Part shown: positions 27,211 to 32,000 of the stretch, piece by piece
How positions within the stretch are numbered: the first letter of the stretch is position 1
Layout: every line of letters begins with the position of its first letter
DNA from: Acholeplasma laidlawii PG-8A
GTDB taxonomy: Bacteria; Bacillota_I; Bacilli_A; Acholeplasmatales; Acholeplasmataceae
Reading direction: 5' to 3'
DNA length: 32,000 nucleotides
NCBI RefSeq assembly: GCF_000018785.1
Contig: NC_010163.1
Coordinates: 690,001 to 722,000 of the forward strand
Translations under genes and position numbers: made by a program
The notes under the pieces: generated by a model
What the model saw: the letters and a program-made list of their open reading frames with translations, nothing else
The model's database searches: none
What the model was told of the DNA's origin: nothing

Positions 27211-27214
27211 ATTT

Positions 27215-27433
27215 TTACTTAGTATTTTGTTTCATAGATGCTAGAACTTGTCTAACTTGTTTTTCAGAAGGAGTTCTTCCCATTTGTCTAAACATCTCTC
27301 TAATCGATCTTTCATCCATTGGTGGATTCTTTTCTAAATACTTTTTGAACCAAGCTCTGGCGATAAAAAATCCTGCAACAGCACCAATTAGTAATGCACC
27401 AACTGCGATTGCTATAACCCAATACCATTCCAT
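27215..27433 (-). CDS. UPF0154 (YneF-like) small membrane protein
   Basis: The start is set at MEWYWV because an AAAGGAG RBS lies 9 nt upstream; the track's earlier ATG has no RBS. It has one TM helix followed by KKYLEKNPPMDERSIREMFRQMGRTPSEKQV, typical of the family. Confidence 0.75.
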   Translation of the reverse strand: MEWYWVIAIAVGALLIGAVAGFFIARAWFKKYLEKNPPMDERSIREMFRQMGRTPSEKQVRQVLASMKQNTK

Positions 27434-27495
27434 TAGCGACAACTCCTTTCGTAAGTACATATTCATTTTACTTTATTTCATTATAAATTACAATG

Positions 27496-28044
27496 TTAAT
27501 GTTTACTTAATATTAATATCTTTTTACTGCCGTATACTTTTTCTTTTAAGATAGTGTATGCTTTGATTTGTTCTAAATCTAGAGTTCTACTTTTATCCAT
27601 TTCTAACACGAGTAATGCATCATCATTTAAGTAAGGTATTAGTTGGTTAGAAATGGATTCATAGATGTCTAATTTATAGGGTGGATCTAAGAAAACAATA
27701 TCTAATTTATCTTTTAATTCTGACAGTTTTTTTAAGGCTATATTATAATCATGTTTCCATAGTATGACTCTATCTATTACGCCTAGATTTGCTATATTTT
27801 CATTCAAGGTGTTAATAGCAATTTGTTTAACATCATTAAACACTACATACTTAGCACCTCTAGAAATTGATTCTAATCCATAACTACCTGATCCAGCAAA
27901 TAAGTCTAATATGACAGCGTCTTTAATTGATTCACCGAGACTATTAAAGACTGCGCCCCTTACTTTGTCAGATGTCTCTCTGGTATCATTTGAGGGGACC
28001 ATTTTTAATAATCTACTTTTAAATTCTCCAGAGATAATACGCAT
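27496..28044 (-). CDS. rsmD: 16S rRNA (guanine966-N2)-methyltransferase RsmD
   Basis: 182 aa. Blocks MRIISGEFK, DLFAGSGSYGLESISRGA and FLDPPY are present. Confidence 0.85.
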   Translation of the reverse strand: MRIISGEFKSRLLKMVPSNDTRETSDKVRGAVFNSLGESIKDAVILDLFAGSGSYGLESISRGAKYVVFNDVKQIAINTLNENIANLGVIDRVILWKHDYNIALKKLSELKDKLDIVFLDPPYKLDIYESISNQLIPYLNDDALLVLEMDKSRTLDLEQIKAYTILKEKVYGSKKILILSKH

Positions 28045-29342
28045 TATAAGATTGTCTCTTTGATTAAATCTAGTTTGATTTTATGCGGACCAACTACGTA
28101 AGAATTATTGACAATTTCAACTGCTTCTTTAAGTCCTTTTTCTTCGTGATAGATTGTACAGATAGTGTCGCCAACTTTAACTTCGTCACCAATCTTCTTA
28201 TGCAGGTCGATACCTACAAATAGATTGATTACATCATCTTTAGTTGCACGTCCTGCACCTAGTTTCATTGCAGCAATACCGAAGTTTAATGCATCTACTT
28301 TTTCTAAGAAACCAGCAACATTTGCTTTCACTTCATATGTCTTAGTTTTAGTTAAAATTTGATCTTTATTCTTTAAGAAATTTACATCTCCGCCTTGTGC
28401 TTTCACAAAGGTGTAGAATGTTTCTAGAGCACCACCATTACGTAGTGTATCATAAGATAATTTATAACCGCTTTCGTAATCTTTTACGACGCCAGCATGT
28501 TTTAATAAGTGTCCTGAAATTACAGCAACTACTTGAGTTAAATCTTCAGGCCCATGACCTTCAAGTGTTTCTACTGATTCATAAATTTCTAACGCATTAC
28601 CAATTTTATGTCCTAGAGGTTCTTCCATACCTGTAAGAATCGCAGTGACCTTTTTACCAGCCTTTTTACCGATATCTACCATGATGCGAGATAAAGCTTC
28701 ACCGTCTTCTAAAGTCTTCATAAATGCCCCAGAACCAACCTTAACATCAAGGACGATTGCATCAGCACCTGATGCTAATTTTTTACTCATAATAGAGGAT
28801 GCAATTAAAGGCATTGAGTCTACAGTTGCAGTAACATCTCTTAGTGCATACATCACTTTATCTGCAGGTGCAATATCGCCACTTTGGCCAACAATTGCAC
28901 AACCAATTTCTTTAACTTGGTTTTTAAATTGATCTAAAGGTAATACAACCTTAAATCCTGGAATGGATTCTAACTTATCAATTGTTCCACCGGTATGACC
29001 TAAACCTCTACCGCTCATTTTTGCTAGCTTAGCACCTAGGTGTGCAACTAATGGTGCAAGTACAATACTTACCTTATCACCCACGCCACCTGTAGAGTGC
29101 TTATCAACCTTTGTTCCTTTTATATCTGTTAAATCTAATACTTCTCCACTATCACGCATTGCTAGTGCAAGTGCTGTTGATTCTTCAATATCCATATCAT
29201 TAAAATATACAGCCATTAAAAAGGCTGACATTTGATAATCCGGTATTTGACCTTTTGTAAAACCGTTAACTATAAAAGATATTTCTTCAGCAGTTAATTT
29301 TTGATTATATTTTTTCTTGTTTATTAAATCGACCATTTGCAT
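28044..29342 (-). CDS. pdp: Pyrimidine-nucleoside phosphorylase
   Basis: Blocks HSTGGVGDK, GRGLGHTGGTIDKLE and IASSIMSKK are present. The start is chosen at MQMVDLI by analogy with the usual MRMVD N-terminus. The longest ORF begins at 29363, so the start is uncertain. Confidence 0.9.
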   Translation of the reverse strand: MQMVDLINKKKYNQKLTAEEISFIVNGFTKGQIPDYQMSAFLMAVYFNDMDIEESTALALAMRDSGEVLDLTDIKGTKVDKHSTGGVGDKVSIVLAPLVAHLGAKLAKMSGRGLGHTGGTIDKLESIPGFKVVLPLDQFKNQVKEIGCAIVGQSGDIAPADKVMYALRDVTATVDSMPLIASSIMSKKLASGADAIVLDVKVGSGAFMKTLEDGEALSRIMVDIGKKAGKKVTAILTGMEEPLGHKIGNALEIYESVETLEGHGPEDLTQVVAVISGHLLKHAGVVKDYESGYKLSYDTLRNGGALETFYTFVKAQGGDVNFLKNKDQILTKTKTYEVKANVAGFLEKVDALNFGIAAMKLGAGRATKDDVINLFVGIDLHKKIGDEVKVGDTICTIYHEEKGLKEAVEIVNNSYVVGPHKIKLDLIKETIL

Positions 29343-29387
29343 GTGACTTAAACCCCATTTCATTTTATTATTTTTTTAAATTCATTT

Positions 29388-29693
29388 TTAACCGTTTAAT
29401 ACCATAAATATTAATACAATGATTCCTATCACTACTACAATCTTTAAAGACTTCTTGATTAAGGATAATAAGCCCATGATGAGTAATAGACCTAAGAATC
29501 CTACAAAGACAATTTGTAGTAAAACAGGAAATGAATTAAAGTAATCGAAAGCCCCTTGCCACCAACCATCGGTTGTTGGTTTTAAAAGTGGATCTAACCA
29601 TCCAGTCGCACTTTCGAACCATGAAACGATAGTTTCCCATATATTTAGTAAAACTTCTTGCCAATTGTTTAAAATTATCATTTTGTTCACCAT
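29388..29693 (-). CDS. Small membrane protein, unknown function (Trp-rich N-terminus, two TM helices)
   Basis: 101 aa. It is the first gene of the pdp-rsmD operon. The start (M1 versus M5) is ambiguous. Confidence 0.5.
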   Translation of the reverse strand: MVNKMIILNNWQEVLLNIWETIVSWFESATGWLDPLLKPTTDGWWQGAFDYFNSFPVLLQIVFVGFLGLLLIMGLLSLIKKSLKIVVVIGIIVLIFMVLNG

Positions 29694-29773
29694 TTCCTTT
29701 ACTATATTATTCTATCAAATTATAGCCTTGATTAAAAGGGTGAGCTTTGATATAATTACACACGGTGATAAAA

Positions 29774-30343
29774 ATGATATTAGCAATGGTTAGACACGGT
29801 GAAACCGATTATAACAAGCAACGTTTAATCCAAGGTAGAATCGATAATGTCTTAAATGAAAACGGAAAAAACCAGGCACATACTTTAGGAACATACCTAA
29901 AAGAAAACAATGAAACATTTGATGTTCTAATGACATCTCCAATGCTTAGAGCAAAAGAGACAGCACAAATTCTTGGAAGCCATTTAAATATGACTATCAC
30001 AAGCGAGCATGTTGCATTTATCGAAAGGGACTTTGGACCTTTTGAAGGTAAGTCAGTGGCAGAAACATTACCATTCATAACTAAACATGATTTTAAGACA
30101 AAAGGTTATGAAGATAATGAGGCACTCTTAAAAAGATTAAGTGATGCAGTAAATGATTTATACAAGACACATCAAGGTAAGAAGGTATTACTTGTTGTTC
30201 ATGCACATGTAATCAAGTCATTACTTATATTAGCAGACTTTGAAAAGTACGATTACATTACGCATTATGTAGGTAATTCAAGCATCGTATATTTCGATGT
30301 TAAACCTGATCAAATATCTGTATTAAATCAAATTGATTTATAG
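29774..30343 (+). CDS. Histidine phosphatase (phosphoglycerate mutase family) protein
   Basis: RHGETDYN catalytic motif and a C-terminal VVHAHVIK His motif are present. The start is moved to ATG 29774 (MILAMVRHGET), preceded by GGTGA. Confidence 0.8.
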   Translation: MILAMVRHGETDYNKQRLIQGRIDNVLNENGKNQAHTLGTYLKENNETFDVLMTSPMLRAKETAQILGSHLNMTITSEHVAFIERDFGPFEGKSVAETLPFITKHDFKTKGYEDNEALLKRLSDAVNDLYKTHQGKKVLLVVHAHVIKSLLILADFEKYDYITHYVGNSSIVYFDVKPDQISVLNQIDL

Positions 30344-30352
30344 CTAATAATC

Positions 30353-30388
30353 AAAAGGAAACTTGTAAAAAGGGTTTCTTTTTTTTAG
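30353..30388 (+). terminator. Weak-stem terminator with a T8 tract
   Basis: Stem GAAAC / GTTTC (extendable with A-U pairs) followed by TTTTTTTT. Confidence 0.4.
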
Positions 30389-30486
30389 AAAAAATATTAA
30401 CATACAAAATCAACGATTTCTCATTGACTTTATAAGTTTTTGCAGTAAAATTGAGTTTGTATGTACATTATAAGGAGGTTTTGCAA

Positions 30487-31812
30487 ATGGAAATAGGGTT
30501 ATTGTTAACAAAGGTTGCAGTAATTTTATTTGTTGGTTTTATTGGTAGTTTAATTGCTAGAAAATTCAAATTACCAAACGTCTCAGGCTATTTGGTACTT
30601 GGTCTACTTATAGGACCATCTCTAGGGCTTATTTTCCCTGGTTATGAAGGTTTTATTACAAGTAGTGACCAAGATGTCTTTGGCTTTATTAGTGAGCTTG
30701 CGCTCGCGTTTATTGCTTTTTCAATCGGTAGTGAATTTGCAATTAAAAGAGTGAAGAAAATGGGCAAGGAAATTTCAGTAATTACATTACTAGAAGTTCT
30801 AGGTGCAGTATCTTTAGTATTTATAGCTATGCTATTTATTCCAAAACCAGACAGTATGTCCTCAGGGTATAATCCGTTTTCTAATTCCAGCATTGCATTT
30901 GCATTAATCTTAGCTTCTATGTCTGCTGCAACAGCTCCAGCTGCTACCTTAATGGTCATGCGTCAATATAGAGCTAATGGTCCAGTATCTAAGGCAATTG
31001 TTCCAATTACAGCTTTAGATGATATCTTTGGCATCATAATCTTTGGATTCTTCTTATCCATTGCACAACTATTACTACCTCAAGGTGATCCACTTCCGGT
31101 ATGGCTAATGATCTCAAAACCATTCATTGAAGTATTTGGGTCATTGATTATTGGGTTAATTATTGGTATTGCTTTATCCTATGGTGCTAAAAAGTTTGAC
31201 AAGATTTCTGATGATATTCAAGTCTTATCATTGATTGCAATATTTGCTACAGTTGGTGGATTAACATTAATGAATCATTACATGAGTGACTTCGGTATTT
31301 CATTCTCACCATTACTAGCAAATATTATGGTAGGTTCTGTTATTGCAAATATTGCACTTAAACCAAATCGTACCTTCCAATCGATTAATGATTTAGCTAC
31401 TCCGTTTTATATTATATTCTTCACATTAGCGGGTGCTTCATTAGACTTAGGTATCTTACGTCAAGATTATTTAATACTAATTATCGCTGCAACCTATATT
31501 ATTGCTCGCGGAAGTGGTAAAATATTAGGTACAATGGCTGGTGCTCAAATGGTCAACTCACATCCAAACGTTAAGAAGTATTTAGGTTTTGCACTTCTAC
31601 CTCAAGGTGGTGTATCTATTGGGTTACTCACTATTGTTGCTGTGCAGATGACTCAACTATATCCTATAATAGCTGCAGTTATTATGTTATCTGTATTAGT
31701 ATATGAAACAATGGGACCTGTTTTTGCTAAATACTCACTCACTAAATCTGATGAGTTATATGGTCTTGATAAACTTAATGAATCTATGTTCGAAGAAGAT
31801 ACAGAAAATTAA
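30487..31812 (+). CDS. Cation:proton antiporter (CPA2 / Kef-type Na+/H+ exchanger family)
   Basis: The start is at ATG 30487 after an AAGGAGG RBS (MEIGLLLTKVAV). It has about 12 TM helices and the typical N-terminal LPNVSGYLVLGLLIGPS block. Confidence 0.8.
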   Translation: MEIGLLLTKVAVILFVGFIGSLIARKFKLPNVSGYLVLGLLIGPSLGLIFPGYEGFITSSDQDVFGFISELALAFIAFSIGSEFAIKRVKKMGKEISVITLLEVLGAVSLVFIAMLFIPKPDSMSSGYNPFSNSSIAFALILASMSAATAPAATLMVMRQYRANGPVSKAIVPITALDDIFGIIIFGFFLSIAQLLLPQGDPLPVWLMISKPFIEVFGSLIIGLIIGIALSYGAKKFDKISDDIQVLSLIAIFATVGGLTLMNHYMSDFGISFSPLLANIMVGSVIANIALKPNRTFQSINDLATPFYIIFFTLAGASLDLGILRQDYLILIIAATYIIARGSGKILGTMAGAQMVNSHPNVKKYLGFALLPQGGVSIGLLTIVAVQMTQLYPIIAAVIMLSVLVYETMGPVFAKYSLTKSDELYGLDKLNESMFEEDTEN

Positions 31813-31826
31813 TAAGGAGAAAACTT

Positions 31827-32000
31827 ATGGAAGCTTTATTTATAGTATTAAACGACTTAACCTTTATGGATGATATTCTTGATAAATTTATTGAGTTACA
31901 CATTAAAGGTGCAACTATCATTGATTCACAAGGTATGGCGCAAGCAATCATTGAAAAAGATGGTGGTGGACAAGGTTTATTTTCTGGTCCATTCTACAAA
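31827..32000 (+). CDS. Small PII-like/ACT-like protein (partial, 58 aa in window)
   Basis: AAGGAG RBS upstream. Translation is MEALFIVLNDLTFMDDILDKFIELHIKGATIIDSQGM, showing a beta-alpha-beta pattern like PII-fold proteins. It is immediately downstream of the antiporter and runs off the window. Confidence 0.35.
   Translation, partial: MEALFIVLNDLTFMDDILDKFIELHIKGATIIDSQGMAQAIIEKDGGGQGLFSGPFYK

Noticed and set aside
25344-27214. Insertion sequence, transposon or prophage remnant call for the IR-bounded island
   Set aside because: There is no transposase or integrase ORF, and I found no recognisable pseudogene fragments or target-site duplication. The left repeat overlaps the deoB stop. It is kept as an alternative hypothesis only, not annotated as a mobile element.
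25344-27214. Known large or housekeeping ncRNA (RNase P, tmRNA, SRP, 6S, group I/II intron, OLE/GOLLD/ROOL-like), tRNA or CRISPR array
   Set aside because: By eye I found no conserved cores: no GGTTCGAAT-type T-loops, no RNase P P4 AAAGTCC, no group II domain V, and no regularly spaced direct repeats. A novel RNA cannot be excluded without covariance analysis or expression data.
2283-30959. Short track ORFs of 60-132 aa lying antisense to or inside larger genes (2283-2471, 2452-2640, 5000-5185, 7627-7929, 8229-8414, 8653-8877, 8685-8873, 13237-13428, 13792-14043, 16243-16428, 17203-17391, 20036-20434, 21106-21378, 22018-22200, 27345-27554, 28165-28362, 28397-28636, 28645-28932, 29809-30078, 30642-30959)
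   Set aside because: Each overlaps a longer ORF with clear family motifs on the other strand or in another frame. None has a recognisable RBS or motif. Their low-complexity compositions are typical of antisense frames.

Overview
Visibly AT-rich, gene-dense bacterial chromosome segment. TGA is a stop codon: hemW/xerD and xerD/deoB share ATGA overlaps. There are many lipoproteins with L-x-x-C lipoboxes. This fits an Acholeplasma-like or other low-GC Firmicutes/Tenericutes genome using code 11, but no taxon can be proven from the sequence. All product calls rest on motif recognition by eye; no searches were run.

Gene content:
- 1-12.5 kb: maltodextrin/pullulan utilisation cluster. It holds a MalF-like permease, a MalE-like lipoprotein, a non-catalytic glucan-binding surface protein, a YvdJ-like plus RDD membrane pair, a type I pullulanase, a GH13 amylase lipoprotein and an orphan MsmK/MalK ATPase. 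Repeated LacI/MalR-type operator boxes link these units.
- 12.5-25.3 kb: glutathione peroxidase, a CNNM/CorC-type protein, a tandem-repeat lipoprotein, a LytS-5TM/PAS/GGDEF/HD-GYP protein, a LemA-TPM pair, lepA, hemW, xerD and deoB.
- 27.2-32 kb: a YneF-like protein, rsmD, pdp, a histidine phosphatase, a CPA2 antiporter and a PII-like gene.
- No rRNA, tRNA, CRISPR array or transposase was seen.

Most notable region: a 1.87 kb ORF-free interval (25344-27214) between convergent genes.
- Its centre holds a strong XerCD dif site, with 23/28 positions identical to E. coli dif.
- It is bounded by 29-bp inverted repeats (26/29 identical).
- It carries a recurrent ATGTTTACYAAATAT motif in mainly opposed orientation on the two sides of dif.
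- My reading is that this is the replication terminus with a possible undescribed fork-trap or recombination-site system. That interpretation is hypothesis only.
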